DNA of 64,000 nucleotides from a virus (IMGVR_UViG_3300028048_000122), one strand, 5' to 3'; shown: positions 1-9,635, counted from the stretch's first letter. Numbers and translations: made by a program. Notes: a model not told the origin generated them from the letters alone.

Positions 1-31
1 GGAACCTATGGTGTAGATATGGGAGAGAGTT

Positions 32-340
32 ATGGAAATTAAGAATGCTTTCGCTATCGAAGTAGATTTTGATGGCGATATTCGTAGCAAAGCTGCAGGC
101 TTTCACATTTTTGCCGGCGACAATGCCCTGCAAGAAACTCGCGAGGTGCTTAAAACGGCTTTGCGCGATTTGAGTAAACGTATGACAGAAAAATGTTGGG
201 ATCCTGTTGTAACGGTAGACGTCTATGATTACCCTATAGCACAAATTCTTGAAAACGGCAATTTGCTTGATAGCATAATTTATAATGGCGGATTCAGCCG
301 CGGTAACTGGGAGATAAACATTCGCTGCACAGAGGAGTAA
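32..340 (+). CDS. hypothetical early protein (102 aa)
   Basis: Complete ORF; GGGAGAGAG Shine-Dalgarno 8 nt upstream; first of a tightly packed +strand gene series. Confidence 0.5.
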   Translation: MEIKNAFAIEVDFDGDIRSKAAGFHIFAGDNALQETREVLKTALRDLSKRMTEKCWDPVVTVDVYDYPIAQILENGNLLDSIIYNGGFSRGNWEINIRCTEE

Positions 341-345
341 AGAAG

Positions 346-666
346 ATGATTGATGAGGTATACATTGTTTGCGCAACTGGTTATGAACAATACGGCATTC
401 CGAGTTATGAAGTATATAACCACGCAAATAAAACGCAAACCGGCGCCGAAAAGACATTCCTTGGTTATCTTGAAGAGTTTTACGGTAAGGAAGGCCTGGA
501 AGGAATTCGCCAAGAATATCCAGACGAATTCAATCGTATGCTGGAAAGAGGATATTATCAGCAAGGGTACGAGGCGTGGTCAGATGAATATGATAAAGAA
601 GCATTGGAAAACGCAGAATTTCAACTAAACACCGTGTCCGTTCAGGCGTTGGAAGTAGGAGAGTGA
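346..666 (+). CDS. hypothetical acidic protein
   Basis: ORF with AGGAG RBS (gaggagtaaagaagATG); overlaps neighbours by few nt as in phage operons. Confidence 0.5.
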   Translation: MIDEVYIVCATGYEQYGIPSYEVYNHANKTQTGAEKTFLGYLEEFYGKEGLEGIRQEYPDEFNRMLERGYYQQGYEAWSDEYDKEALENAEFQLNTVSVQALEVGE

Positions 667-866
667 TAGTTATGAAATGCCCCAAATGTGGATGCAAAAC
701 ATTCGAAGCTTATAGGAAAGTAATTGAACGGGTTTTGGTTACAGACGATGATGTTGTATTAAAAGTGTTAGAAAGAATGCCGCCCGAACCGATATACGAT
801 GATGAATTTATCTGCAGTAATTGCCGCGAGGTATACAATGATTTCGATGAAATCGACGTGATTTGA
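663..866 (+). CDS. small Zn-ribbon protein (CPKCG...CSNC)
   Basis: Two CxxC pairs about 45 aa apart; same architecture as 4795..5055 and 7628..7876 (paralog family). Confidence 0.55.
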   Translation: MIVMKCPKCGCKTFEAYRKVIERVLVTDDDVVLKVLERMPPEPIYDDEFICSNCREVYNDFDEIDVI

Positions 867-878
867 GAGGTGAGATAA

Positions 879-1190
879 GTGAATTATGACGTTGTGCTAA
901 AAGAAAAGCCCGATACGGACGGACTGGAAAAAGCTGAAATTATTGTCATGCTTGGCTTAATGTCGGATTTTGAGCAGGTAGTACCCGTAGAGTATAGCAA
1001 TATTAATGGCACAAGCACTGCCATGGGGTTCTTTTCTGTAAAAGCCGCCGACAAGCTTGATTTCCGGATTGCGGATTCGGAAGGTTCACCGTTTGCCTGC
1101 TTTATCGGGAATATTCTTGGCGATATGAATTTGGAGTCGCCCACAGGCGAATATGAATTTGAAGGCTTAAAGATTTTTATGACGAGGTAA
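879..1190 (+). CDS. hypothetical protein, paralog of 2654..2956
   Basis: GTG start after GAGAGGTGAG RBS; shares MxYDVVL...AMGF...KLxF...GxILxD...GxKIF with ORF at 2654. Confidence 0.55.
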   Translation: MNYDVVLKEKPDTDGLEKAEIIVMLGLMSDFEQVVPVEYSNINGTSTAMGFFSVKAADKLDFRIADSEGSPFACFIGNILGDMNLESPTGEYEFEGLKIFMTR

Positions 1191-1242
1191 GAGAAATGAG
1201 TACACATTGGGGCGCCAACTGGGGCTAAAGGAGGCACAGAAT

Positions 1243-1587
1243 ATGATTAATCAAACTGTAATAGTAGAACTTAATACTGAAGCTCTTTTGACAAAGAGGT
1301 TCAACATTTGTAAAGAAATTGTGTCAATTCTTGAGCAGAGCGAAGACGATTATGCAGCACTGATTAAAGCTCTGGAAGATAAAGGCATAACTGATGTCGT
1401 AGACTACCTCAATGAGCATGAAATTCCGTGGGCGTATATTGATGTGGATTACGAGCATGTTGAATTTCATGCGCAAAATGCCTTCAGTAAAACCCTGGAG
1501 TTTCTGATTCCGTTTAGCTTTGATGATGCAGAGTTAGATTTGGACATCGAAGAAAATATGGTTATGACGGAGGATGAAGATGACTGA
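1243..1587 (+). CDS. hypothetical protein
   Basis: ATG at 1243 preceded by AAAGGAGG; acidic C-terminus (EDEDD). Confidence 0.5.
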   Translation: MINQTVIVELNTEALLTKRFNICKEIVSILEQSEDDYAALIKALEDKGITDVVDYLNEHEIPWAYIDVDYEHVEFHAQNAFSKTLEFLIPFSFDDAELDLDIEENMVMTEDEDD

Positions 1588-1858
1588 AAAAGAATGCGAA
1601 ACGCGTATCTATGCTGCTATTGATGCGCTAAATCGGTTAGACCATAAACTGACATTCAGCTTTGAGCAAGATGAATGGAGCTGGCGATTAAGAGCAGAGA
1701 ATGCTCATGGTCACAGCTTTGGCGCTTTTGAGCCCATGGTCATATTTGACGACTATAAACGCAAGAAAGATGCATATGTAAGTTTTATGCGGCAGGTAGA
1801 AATTCTACTTGCCGGCACAACGCTTACAGCTAAAGGTGCGTATCACAACTTATATTAG
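1574..1858 (+). CDS. hypothetical protein
   Basis: ORF overlapping previous stop (ATGA); one of only four TAG-terminated genes in window. Confidence 0.45.
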   Translation: MKMTEKECETRIYAAIDALNRLDHKLTFSFEQDEWSWRLRAENAHGHSFGAFEPMVIFDDYKRKKDAYVSFMRQVEILLAGTTLTAKGAYHNLY

Positions 1859-1878
1859 GGCAGAGGTGATAAATAAAA

Positions 1879-2379
1879 ATGTTTACAGTAAAAAATTACT
1901 TCTTCGATGACGAAGACGATTTGTGGGCGGACATTCACTGTAATGGACGGCGCCAATGGTATGCAGTAATCGGCTGTGATAAAGATCATCCGTTATATAA
2001 AGAAGTGATGGAGCTTGATGAAGTCAATAAAACAGAAACTGCTCGCCATTTAATCGAAAAGTATTGCCGCGAACATGGTCACGAAGAGCGCATGGCAAAA
2101 CTACCGCATATCGAGGACGCCAGTATGCCCATGAAAATGGCTTGGGAAGGTGCAGATGAGTGGGACGGGCCATATACTAGTTCAGGCTACTATCTAAACG
2201 AAGAACAGTTTCAAGAAGATTACATGATGACTTCGGCCGAATTTAAGAAACAGCTGAAGGCTGATATCGACAAGTATGGCATCAGCAATGAGATAATTGA
2301 AGAACGCGACGGTGAAAGCCTGTACAGTGTGACCTGGTGGCTATGCGAATACTTCACCGAAGCAGTAGCTGATGGTTAA
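1879..2379 (+). CDS. hypothetical protein (166 aa)
   Basis: ORF with GAGGTGATAAATAAAAATG RBS. Confidence 0.5.
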   Translation: MFTVKNYFFDDEDDLWADIHCNGRRQWYAVIGCDKDHPLYKEVMELDEVNKTETARHLIEKYCREHGHEERMAKLPHIEDASMPMKMAWEGADEWDGPYTSSGYYLNEEQFQEDYMMTSAEFKKQLKADIDKYGISNEIIEERDGESLYSVTWWLCEYFTEAVADG

Positions 2380-2392
2380 GGAGGAAAAAAGT

Positions 2393-2650
2393 ATGGAAGA
2401 AACAAAATACCCGGAACAGATTGAAATTATCTGGACCGTAGATGATGTTCTCGATTTGCTGGTAGGCATTGATAAGAGCGGTACAGATGTACTTTATCGG
2501 GATTTAGGTATGACCAGACAGGAAGCCGCCCATGTGCTGCACGAAGTAAAAGAACACCATGATGCCAACGAAGGTGTAACCTGGAATACGCTGCATTACT
2601 GGGCGGAAGAGTTGTACGGCGACAAATATAAATATAATGAGGAGGCCTAA
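2393..2650 (+). CDS. hypothetical protein
   Basis: ATG 2393 after AAGGAGG; preferred over overlapping 2372 start. Confidence 0.5.
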   Translation: MEETKYPEQIEIIWTVDDVLDLLVGIDKSGTDVLYRDLGMTRQEAAHVLHEVKEHHDANEGVTWNTLHYWAEELYGDKYKYNEEA

Positions 2651-2653
2651 ATC

Positions 2654-2956
2654 ATGAAATACGATGTTGTTCTCTGCGAATGCACTGGCGTTAGAGGGCT
2701 AAATAAAGCCATCGTAGCTAAAATGGCTAATATGCTTAATGAAGACGAATTCTATCCCGTAATTTTTGATGCTGACTATGCAGAAGCATCGGCTATGGGT
2801 TTTATCTCTCGTACAACTGCCGAGAAACTGAAATTTGACTACTACGAATTAAAAGCGTATATCGGCGGCATCCTCGATGAAGACCATAAAAAGGTTTACG
2901 AGATTGACGGAGTAAAGATTTTCATCGGGAATAATGAAGAAGACGAGGATAAGTAA
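2654..2956 (+). CDS. hypothetical protein, paralog of 879..1190
   Basis: Shared motifs with ORF 879 (see there); acidic tail EEDEDK. Confidence 0.55.
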   Translation: MKYDVVLCECTGVRGLNKAIVAKMANMLNEDEFYPVIFDADYAEASAMGFISRTTAEKLKFDYYELKAYIGGILDEDHKKVYEIDGVKIFIGNNEEDEDK

Positions 2957-2957
2957 G

Positions 2958-3287
2958 ATGGCAGAGAACAAATGGATTGTCGATGGACATCATTACATGT
3001 GTCCAGTTTGTAAAAAAACGATGGCTATCGTGGTTAACGAGAGCGATGAGGGTTTTGAATTTTGTCCATTTTGCGGTAAAAGAATGTCAGGTCAGATGAC
3101 AGAAGATGAATTACTTCCATGCACTTGTGGCGGAGAAGCGTATATCAGAACTGCAGTAAGTCTGGATGATTTATATTCGGGTCATGTTATTGTTACGTGT
3201 GCATCATGTGGTGCATCGGTTTTTGGACAAACGATAGAACAGGCAAAAGCGCGATGGAACGGGGGAATTAAGAATGGCAACAGATAA
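2958..3287 (+). CDS. Zn-ribbon protein, Lar-family restriction-alleviation-like
   Basis: CPVC..CPFCG and CTCGG..CASCG..AKARWNGG; C-terminal CxxC plus ARWN resembles Lar family signature (from memory, not searched). Confidence 0.4.
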   Translation: MAENKWIVDGHHYMCPVCKKTMAIVVNESDEGFEFCPFCGKRMSGQMTEDELLPCTCGGEAYIRTAVSLDDLYSGHVIVTCASCGASVFGQTIEQAKARWNGGIKNGNR

Positions 3288-3549
3288 ACACATGTGGGCA
3301 GGCTGCGAATGTCTTGCTCACCTAGATAACATTAAATGCTGGCAAGAACGATGCGGTGACCCTATCGAAAATACGCTCATGGACGCCGTTAAACTTATTT
3401 ATTCGATGACTTATGGAGTTTCCTCTCTTCAGGTAGACGAAGATAAATTATGGCCCGTCGTGAAAGAAGTAATGCCTGCGCTCATCAAGGAGATGCGGGA
3501 TAATGATATCCCCGTGTGGAATCCGGAGGCTGATAACTATGAGTTCTAA
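3274..3549 (+). CDS. hypothetical protein
   Basis: ORF with GGGGGAATTAAG RBS. Confidence 0.45.
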   Translation: MATDKHMWAGCECLAHLDNIKCWQERCGDPIENTLMDAVKLIYSMTYGVSSLQVDEDKLWPVVKEVMPALIKEMRDNDIPVWNPEADNYEF

Positions 3550-3856
3550 TGTGCCTTTATTGATTGAATTACATGAAACAGTCTTTGTAAGAAAAGAAGA
3601 AGACGTCTGGAGCGGCGCATTCATGGCTGATATTTGCCACATCGAGCATATTGAATCGGCGCAGCCAGAATCTTATGTGGACGATAAACAAGCATGGATT
3701 AATAGGCGTAAAAAGCACGATATCGAAAAATGTTGGGGGGAATACTCTATACCGCATACAACTATCGTAACGATAGATGGTCGCAAAATCAAGGTTATTG
3801 AAACCTACGAAGAAATCAGAGAAAAAATAGCGAAGGCTGGAGTAGTAGTGCCATAA
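3539..3856 (+). CDS. hypothetical protein
   Basis: ATG 3539 after CCGGAGG; start chosen over 3503. Confidence 0.45.
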   Translation: MSSNVPLLIELHETVFVRKEEDVWSGAFMADICHIEHIESAQPESYVDDKQAWINRRKKHDIEKCWGEYSIPHTTIVTIDGRKIKVIETYEEIREKIAKAGVVVP

Positions 3857-3872
3857 AATAGGGGGTGTTTTT

Positions 3873-4562
3873 ATGAGCAAAGAATTGAAAGTAACCTTTT
3901 TTATAAAAGTCCCGGACGAAGAAGTCGAGTCCATTAAAGATGATTTAAAAGAACATGGTGATGAAATCATCGAGAAAGAGTTCCCGAAAATTGAACTATG
4001 CGATGTATTTCAGGCAGAAGACGTATATCATACAGAAAAGATGGTTTCTTATGGCGAAATCACGCTCGGCAAAAAGGTTCAGGTAACTGACCCTTGCTAT
4101 CACCTTGATGTTTGGTGTACAGAAACTATTGAGAATATGCTGCCGGGTGAATACGGCACATTTGCCTTTATTGCAGATAGAGGGATGATGGGCCGTCGTG
4201 TATCAAAATTAATGATTATTCATAAGAGCGTAGAATTAGGCGACCTGAAATTTAAAGTTGTTACCGGCGATATCGGCGTAGATAGCGGAAACTGCGGCTT
4301 TTTTGATTATAATAAGTATAAAGAAGCTAAGGAAGCTGATGCTAAGTTTGAGGCTGAACACAACAATATTGGTCCATTTACGAATAAATGGTGGTTAGTT
4401 TCAGACAACCTAAGAACACTTGGCGGCACACTGGATAACTGGGGCGTATTTTCTCATAGCGGTTATGGCGATGGCAGTTATGATCTGTATCTAGCTTACG
4501 ACGAAAGCGGAGAAAATGTAATCGCGGCTAAAATCGTTTACCTGTATGACGAGGAGGAATAA
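3873..4562 (+). CDS. hypothetical protein (229 aa) with SGYGDGSYD motif
   Basis: Clean ORF with GGGGG RBS; motif reminiscent of DUF4241-type proteins (unverified). Confidence 0.5.
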   Translation: MSKELKVTFFIKVPDEEVESIKDDLKEHGDEIIEKEFPKIELCDVFQAEDVYHTEKMVSYGEITLGKKVQVTDPCYHLDVWCTETIENMLPGEYGTFAFIADRGMMGRRVSKLMIIHKSVELGDLKFKVVTGDIGVDSGNCGFFDYNKYKEAKEADAKFEAEHNNIGPFTNKWWLVSDNLRTLGGTLDNWGVFSHSGYGDGSYDLYLAYDESGENVIAAKIVYLYDEEE

Positions 4563-4564
4563 CT

Positions 4565-4792
4565 ATGGAACAGAAATATAAATGGTTCAATTTCGGTTTG
4601 GAATATAAGATGTATGGCACAAAGTCTGTAAAAGTACCAGCAGATTTCACCAAGGAACAGGCTGAAGAATATGTACGTGAACATTGGGATGATATTGACC
4701 TACCCTGCAATGCCGGTTATCTGCCCAACAGCGCTGTCGCTGATTTTAACTGCAGCAATTTTGAAGAGGACCTTTTTAAGGAGGAGGAATAA
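4565..4792 (+). CDS. hypothetical protein
   Basis: ORF; acidic tail. Confidence 0.45.
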   Translation: MEQKYKWFNFGLEYKMYGTKSVKVPADFTKEQAEEYVREHWDDIDLPCNAGYLPNSAVADFNCSNFEEDLFKEEE

Positions 4793-4794
4793 TT

Positions 4795-5055
4795 ATGGCT
4801 ATTAAATGCCCTAATTGCGGCTATAAATCTATGATATTGGTGGCCCGTACCGATGCCCATTTCGCGGTAGACGAAGACGGTACGATGGGCAACGTCATTC
4901 TGGATGACGAAAGCATCGACTGTATCAACGAAGCCGTGGAATTGGCCAGCGCAGAAGATGGCGATATCGAATTCAAATGCCGTCATTGTCGTAGTAGTTT
5001 CGCGGCTAAGACTACCGACCATGAATATACCTACGAAATAGGCGAAGAGTTGTAA
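4795..5055 (+). CDS. small Zn-ribbon protein (CPNCG...CRHC)
   Basis: Paralog-family architecture with 663 and 7628. Confidence 0.5.
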   Translation: MAIKCPNCGYKSMILVARTDAHFAVDEDGTMGNVILDDESIDCINEAVELASAEDGDIEFKCRHCRSSFAAKTTDHEYTYEIGEEL

Positions 5056-5070
5056 AGGAGGCGAAATAAG

Positions 5071-5334
5071 ATGAATGGCTATTTATTAATCGAATATGGC
5101 CGGGATGAAAACGGCTATGATGTATACTTTCATCGTGAGGATGCTGAAAAAGATTTTATTAAGAAGGCAAAAGATTATGCTAGTGTCTTCGGTGACTCCG
5201 AGGTTCTGGCCAACGATAAAGATGATATGGAAGAACTTGCAGCAGGTGGCATTTATGCGCCTGACGGTGAAATAGTTCTTGAAATTGCTTCCTGTAATAT
5301 TATCGGCGAATACTTCTATCCGCAGGAGGGGTGA
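5071..5334 (+). CDS. hypothetical protein
   Basis: AAGGAGG RBS. Confidence 0.45.
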   Translation: MNGYLLIEYGRDENGYDVYFHREDAEKDFIKKAKDYASVFGDSEVLANDKDDMEELAAGGIYAPDGEIVLEIASCNIIGEYFYPQEG

Positions 5335-5336
5335 TC

Positions 5337-5636
5337 ATGGCTACAGTAAGAACCTGGATTATCAGCGCACACAACTCAGAAAATTGCGGCGCAAAAATAT
5401 TCCGTAAATTCGGCGATGAATATGATATCAAAAAACAGTTGGTCAAAATGGTAAAAGAGGCCAGTAAAGACTACGAAGATACTTTCGACAAAGACGCGAG
5501 CACCACTCGTGTAGCTGATTTCGAGGAAGATATAGACGATTATATCGTGGCTGTTGCGCAGTTCGAAAATTTCCATATCGACTTCACGGCTATTCCTTTG
5601 GATTACATTAACGACGTAGATGTAGAGGAGGATTGA
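5337..5636 (+). CDS. hypothetical protein
   Basis: CAGGAGGGG RBS then ATG 5337. Confidence 0.45.
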   Translation: MATVRTWIISAHNSENCGAKIFRKFGDEYDIKKQLVKMVKEASKDYEDTFDKDASTTRVADFEEDIDDYIVAVAQFENFHIDFTAIPLDYINDVDVEED

Positions 5637-6091
5637 ATAAAGTGAACCGATACTGGATGAACTATCTGATGCTTTCGGGCGGCAATGTATGCAATATCCC
5701 CTGTACGGACAGTCTGGACTGGAAAGAAGTAAGCAAGGCCGTTAACAAGATAAAGCAAAGAGAAGATATTGCAGCTGTCTTTGTTCAAGACGAAAGTCAT
5801 AAGCTGGTGTATCATGAAATCTTTGTTGATTTCTGCGGCCAGAAAACACCCTATAAGCCGTTTACTATGGCAGAGCCAGGCAGCGACAAAATCGTAGTTC
5901 AATGTACACAAACTTATGTTGAAGGTGATAACGAATATTGGACTGAGGGTCGCTACTATGAAGCCGAATATCTTAGCGACGAAAAATGGACATACGCTAT
6001 TGAAACAAACTTCGGCGGCGTAGGAAAAGTCGGCCCGGACTATATATTGGATGACTTCGATGAGTATTTTAGAATTATGGAGGAAGAATAA
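5633..6091 (+). CDS. hypothetical protein
   Basis: ORF; start uncertain (TTG 5633 / GTG 5642 / ATG 5657) after GAGGAGGA. Confidence 0.45.
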   Translation: MNKVNRYWMNYLMLSGGNVCNIPCTDSLDWKEVSKAVNKIKQREDIAAVFVQDESHKLVYHEIFVDFCGQKTPYKPFTMAEPGSDKIVVQCTQTYVEGDNEYWTEGRYYEAEYLSDEKWTYAIETNFGGVGKVGPDYILDDFDEYFRIMEEE

Positions 6092-6300
6092 TGTTTGCTG
6101 ACAATATTGTATGGGATATTGACCTGGAAGAGGGCGAAACCTATGAAGCCGCCCGCGCTGAACTGAAACTTCCTAAATGCGTAGAACTGCCTAAGCGGTT
6201 CTGGGATCCCGATGCGAATTCATCGGAGTACTACGAAGATATTTCGAACTGGCTCAGTGACGAATACGGATACTGCGTTAAAAGCTTTGCTCTATGCTGA
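6091..6300 (+). CDS. hypothetical protein
   Basis: ORF overlapping upstream stop (TAATG). Confidence 0.4.
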   Translation: MFADNIVWDIDLEEGETYEAARAELKLPKCVELPKRFWDPDANSSEYYEDISNWLSDEYGYCVKSFALC

Positions 6301-6315
6301 TAAAGGAATGATATA

Positions 6316-6843
6316 ATGCAAGATAGAATTCAATTAACGGCTACTCTGAAATACTATGCTAGAGATGTTCTATTTGAGAATATGGTAGAGCGCGCTGTGT
6401 CAGATATAGTAGGTCATCTTTTCAAGGACATCGTTGACAGTTTTAAAGTTGTCCGCAAAATGAGGGAAGCAGGCTATGAAGAGCTTGCCAACGCTTGGAA
6501 GAACGATAAAATTGATGATGAAGACGTCAGATGCTGCATCTATTTAAATCAGGCAACGCCAGAGTATATTAGAGCTGACAACGCTATCGTATTTTCTGTT
6601 ACATATATGCTGGATCTGAAAGAGCTGGAAGAATTGGTAGATATTCGCCGGCGCCAGCGGGAGCTTTCCTATGACGCAGAGCATTTTAAACAGCTATTAA
6701 AGGGAGTAATTCTCTATACTTCGGCATGCTGCAATACTCAGCAGCAACTGGAACAGTTAACAGCCATGGGATTCGAAGAACCGGATTTGCGCTACTTTGG
6801 CTTCAAAGATTATGACTTAGCCAAGTTTTATGAAACTGATTAA
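6316..6843 (+). CDS. hypothetical protein (175 aa)
   Basis: ORF with AAGGAATGATATAATG. Confidence 0.5.
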   Translation: MQDRIQLTATLKYYARDVLFENMVERAVSDIVGHLFKDIVDSFKVVRKMREAGYEELANAWKNDKIDDEDVRCCIYLNQATPEYIRADNAIVFSVTYMLDLKELEELVDIRRRQRELSYDAEHFKQLLKGVILYTSACCNTQQQLEQLTAMGFEEPDLRYFGFKDYDLAKFYETD

Positions 6844-6864
6844 TGGAAAGGTGATTGAACAAAA

Positions 6865-7182
6865 GTGAAAGCGTGTGATATTGAATGGAATGTATCAGAC
6901 CTTGAAATCTTCTGTAAGCTAGATGAAATGACAACAGAAGGCGCAGCAGAAATCTTGGGATTATCTCCACAGGCTTATGACAATATGACGGATGAAGAAC
7001 GCCATGATGCAGCATCAGAGTATTTTCACCGTCGCCATGAAAGCTGCCGCGCCGACTTCGTAGGCCTCCCCTCAGAAGTAGAACTCGATGATATCTTTAA
7101 CAGCTTGGATAAAGAAGATGCAATCGATTGGTTAGAACAGCAGTACGGCAACTACGTATTAAGTTGCAAGTTGGAGAGGTGA
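6865..7182 (+). CDS. hypothetical protein
   Basis: GTG start after GGAAAGGTGA. Confidence 0.45.
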   Translation: MKACDIEWNVSDLEIFCKLDEMTTEGAAEILGLSPQAYDNMTDEERHDAASEYFHRRHESCRADFVGLPSEVELDDIFNSLDKEDAIDWLEQQYGNYVLSCKLER

Positions 7183-7187
7183 AGACA

Positions 7188-7613
7188 ATGATCAGTATCG
7201 CTGATATGCGGAATATCGCTACCGCAGAAAAAGAAGCAGAGGAAAAGGCTAAAGAAGCCAAGTTCCAAAAAGATTTGGCTATGTACCGCGACAAGATTAG
7301 AAAAGTTCAGCCTAAAGTCGTAGAGTATATCCAGCAACAAATTGTTAATGCGATGAAAAATAACTGGTCCCAGGCAGGATTGCGTAGATATAGCATGGAA
7401 AAGATTTTCAAGGATATTCTTAGATATCCAAGCGAATCTGGCATGATTTATTATTTCTTGTGGAGTCCAGATTCTGAGGCTCATAGCGCTCTTGATACCG
7501 CCTTTAAAGAAATGGCACTGGAAATTCGCGACGAACTTTTTGAAGCCGGCATCAAAGAAATTCGTAAAGGCGGCCCGTTCGCAGGCGACCCTAGCGCCGT
7601 AGTTATTTTCTAA
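7188..7613 (+). CDS. hypothetical protein
   Basis: ATG 7188 after GGAGAGGTGAAG; earlier 7128 start overlaps previous gene. Confidence 0.5.
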   Translation: MISIADMRNIATAEKEAEEKAKEAKFQKDLAMYRDKIRKVQPKVVEYIQQQIVNAMKNNWSQAGLRRYSMEKIFKDILRYPSESGMIYYFLWSPDSEAHSALDTAFKEMALEIRDELFEAGIKEIRKGGPFAGDPSAVVIF

Positions 7614-7627
7614 CAGGAGAAAACGAT

Positions 7628-7876
7628 ATGGTTAAAATAGCTATTAACAAATGCCCTATGTGTGGTGGTTGGGTTACACTTGATACCCGTGTAGATATAA
7701 TTTATATGCTACATGAGGATGATGGTGAACTCATAACAGAAGCTGATGATATCGTCGATAAGGTATACAGAAGTACGCCGACTAAAGCATTCTGTGAAGA
7801 TTGCGGAAAAGTTCTGGATGTTATCAATGTAAATACAGAAAAAGAAGAATTTACGTTTAGGGCGAGGGTTGAATAA
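7628..7876 (+). CDS. small Zn-ribbon protein (CPMCGG...CEDCG)
   Basis: Paralog-family architecture with 663 and 4795. Confidence 0.5.
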   Translation: MVKIAINKCPMCGGWVTLDTRVDIIYMLHEDDGELITEADDIVDKVYRSTPTKAFCEDCGKVLDVINVNTEKEEFTFRARVE

Positions 7877-8190
7877 TGGTTAAAATCAATGTCGAAAAAC
7901 AAACAATGGAAATCAAAACTGCTCACGGCACACTCGTCGTAACAGCCTTTGATAACCCGGATTATCCGGGTGTTTACGTAGACTTCAAGCTTGCTGGCCA
8001 CGAAAACGAGCCAGCCATATCTATTACCATGGTTGAAGATGTTGCAGAAGAGCATACAACTCCTGAAACCAATGGTCATGCCGTAGTTGTTCGTACGTAT
8101 GGCAACTGTAATATCGATGAATATACCGATAGGACAGATATTTCCATCAAGGATATTGAAAGGTTTTATGAGGAGGAAGACAATGAGTAA
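7876..8190 (+). CDS. hypothetical protein
   Basis: ORF, acidic tail EEDNE. Confidence 0.5.
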   Translation: MVKINVEKQTMEIKTAHGTLVVTAFDNPDYPGVYVDFKLAGHENEPAISITMVEDVAEEHTTPETNGHAVVVRTYGNCNIDEYTDRTDISIKDIERFYEEEDNE

Positions 8191-8587
8191 CTGGACACAT
8201 GTAGCGGGTATTATCCGTGTCGATGGCTTTCGCGTCGGCGCAGACACCGAACCGGATTGGGATGGTATTATCGGCAAAGAGCTCCGATATGAAGATGATT
8301 TCGAAAAGTGGAAAGAAGCCGAAGACCATCCTGAACGCTTTATGCCTCTTGGTAGTGAAGGCTCGTTAACCAAAAGCATATGGGCAAATCTTAACAAGAG
8401 CTGTATCGCGGCCTATACCGTAAGCATCTTCGGCGACCTGCGCGACCATGATGATCCGGACGAAATTATCGCATGGTTCAAAGATAAATGCGACAAGATG
8501 TTCGTAAGACAGGCTACTATTACGGTTAAAAACGAATGGAACGGCATGAAAACATGGAGCATCGATGATGAGGACGGGGAGGAATAA
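8183..8587 (+). CDS. hypothetical protein
   Basis: ATG 8183 after GAGGAGGAAG. Confidence 0.5.
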   Translation: MSNWTHVAGIIRVDGFRVGADTEPDWDGIIGKELRYEDDFEKWKEAEDHPERFMPLGSEGSLTKSIWANLNKSCIAAYTVSIFGDLRDHDDPDEIIAWFKDKCDKMFVRQATITVKNEWNGMKTWSIDDEDGEE

Positions 8588-8589
8588 AA

Positions 8590-8997
8590 ATGGGTTTGGA
8601 TCAGTACGCATACCGCATTAAAATGGCTAACATAAAGGATGATCTCAGCTTCAAGACCGGAACGCTTTATGATAACGTCACAAAGCTGGACGATTTAGGC
8701 AACGACATGGACTTTGCCTACTGGCGTAAGTTCTATCCTTTAGACCAATGGATGAGAAATCTCTATTTTAATAAAGGCGGCAAGGGCGAATTCAATCGCG
8801 ACTGCATACGTTTGGACAAAGAAGAACTGGATAAGCTTTATAACGAAGCTCAAGGCGTTGACTTCTATGAGGGCGGCTACTGCAGCTCAGCGCAGGAAGA
8901 AAAAGAATGTGAGTATTCTTATCTAATGAATTTTATCCGGAGAGCTAAGGAAGCCATCGACGAAGGCGATGCTATCTATTATAGTAATTGGTGGTAA
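8590..8997 (+). CDS. hypothetical protein
   Basis: GGGGAGGAATAAAAATG RBS. Confidence 0.5.
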   Translation: MGLDQYAYRIKMANIKDDLSFKTGTLYDNVTKLDDLGNDMDFAYWRKFYPLDQWMRNLYFNKGGKGEFNRDCIRLDKEELDKLYNEAQGVDFYEGGYCSSAQEEKECEYSYLMNFIRRAKEAIDEGDAIYYSNWW

Positions 8998-9052
8998 TCC
9001 GGCGGTAAGCATAGAGAATACACCCTTAACAGCTCTTAAGAGAGGTGCATAT

Positions 9053-9202
9053 ATGTATATATATAAAGTAAGATGGGTAGATCACGACGGCGAAAAACAT
9101 GAATCAGCAGTAAGAGCAGATGCATTGTCAGAAGCGGAAATTAAGGTATGGGAAGCTAATGCCGAATGTCTCGGCATAGAAGGTTCCTATCAGATAAGTT
9201 AA
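9053..9202 (+). CDS. small hypothetical protein (49 aa)
   Basis: ATG 9053 preceded by palindrome CTCTTAAGAGAGG acting as RBS/operator. Confidence 0.4.
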   Translation: MYIYKVRWVDHDGEKHESAVRADALSEAEIKVWEANAECLGIEGSYQIS

Positions 9203-9204
9203 CT

Positions 9205-9235
9205 TGGCGGCCTTACGGCCGCTACTAACAAACCC
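9205..9235 (+). repeat. conserved hairpin-plus-tail element copy 1 (TGGCGGCC-TTAC-GGCCGCTACTAACAAACCC)
   Basis: One of three near-identical copies. Confidence 0.5.
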
Positions 9236-9340
9236 TCTTACGCAGTCATCATATGCGGCTTGTATATTTTATCTTAAAAAGCGGTAATAAAATATTAGAA
9301 CAGTCGCGGGTAAAAGTAACATCAAAAAAGACAAAAGGAA

Positions 9341-9583
9341 ATGATGCACGTGATGACTGCAAAAGTGGTAATCGATCTCGCGGCCTTAAAAGAGCTTCGG
9401 GACCAGAATGGTTATAGTATTTCAGACTTAGCAGCCAAGCTAGGTTATAAAACGCCAACAGGGTACTGGCTCATTGAGCAGGGGCAACGCAAGGTGTCTA
9501 TCGATACGCTGTACCGCCTGGCGGAGATCTATGATTGCACTATGGAAGACCTGATTACGGAAAATCCAGAAGCAGACGAATAA
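9341..9583 (+). CDS. XRE-family helix-turn-helix transcriptional regulator
   Basis: ELRDQNGYSISDLAAKLGYKTPTGYWLIEQGQRKVSIDTLYRLAEIY matches Cro/C1-type HTH pattern. Confidence 0.6.
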   Translation: MMHVMTAKVVIDLAALKELRDQNGYSISDLAAKLGYKTPTGYWLIEQGQRKVSIDTLYRLAEIYDCTMEDLITENPEADE

Positions 9584-9635
9584 CGGGGAAGGGGATATTC
9601 TCGAGGAAGGAATATCAACCGCACTGTTCGTCAAA

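Noticed and set aside
7702-8397. 231-aa minus-strand ORF
   Set aside because: It is antisense to three well-supported + strand genes that have RBSs and overlapping start/stop coupling. The translation is low-complexity S/L/I-rich.
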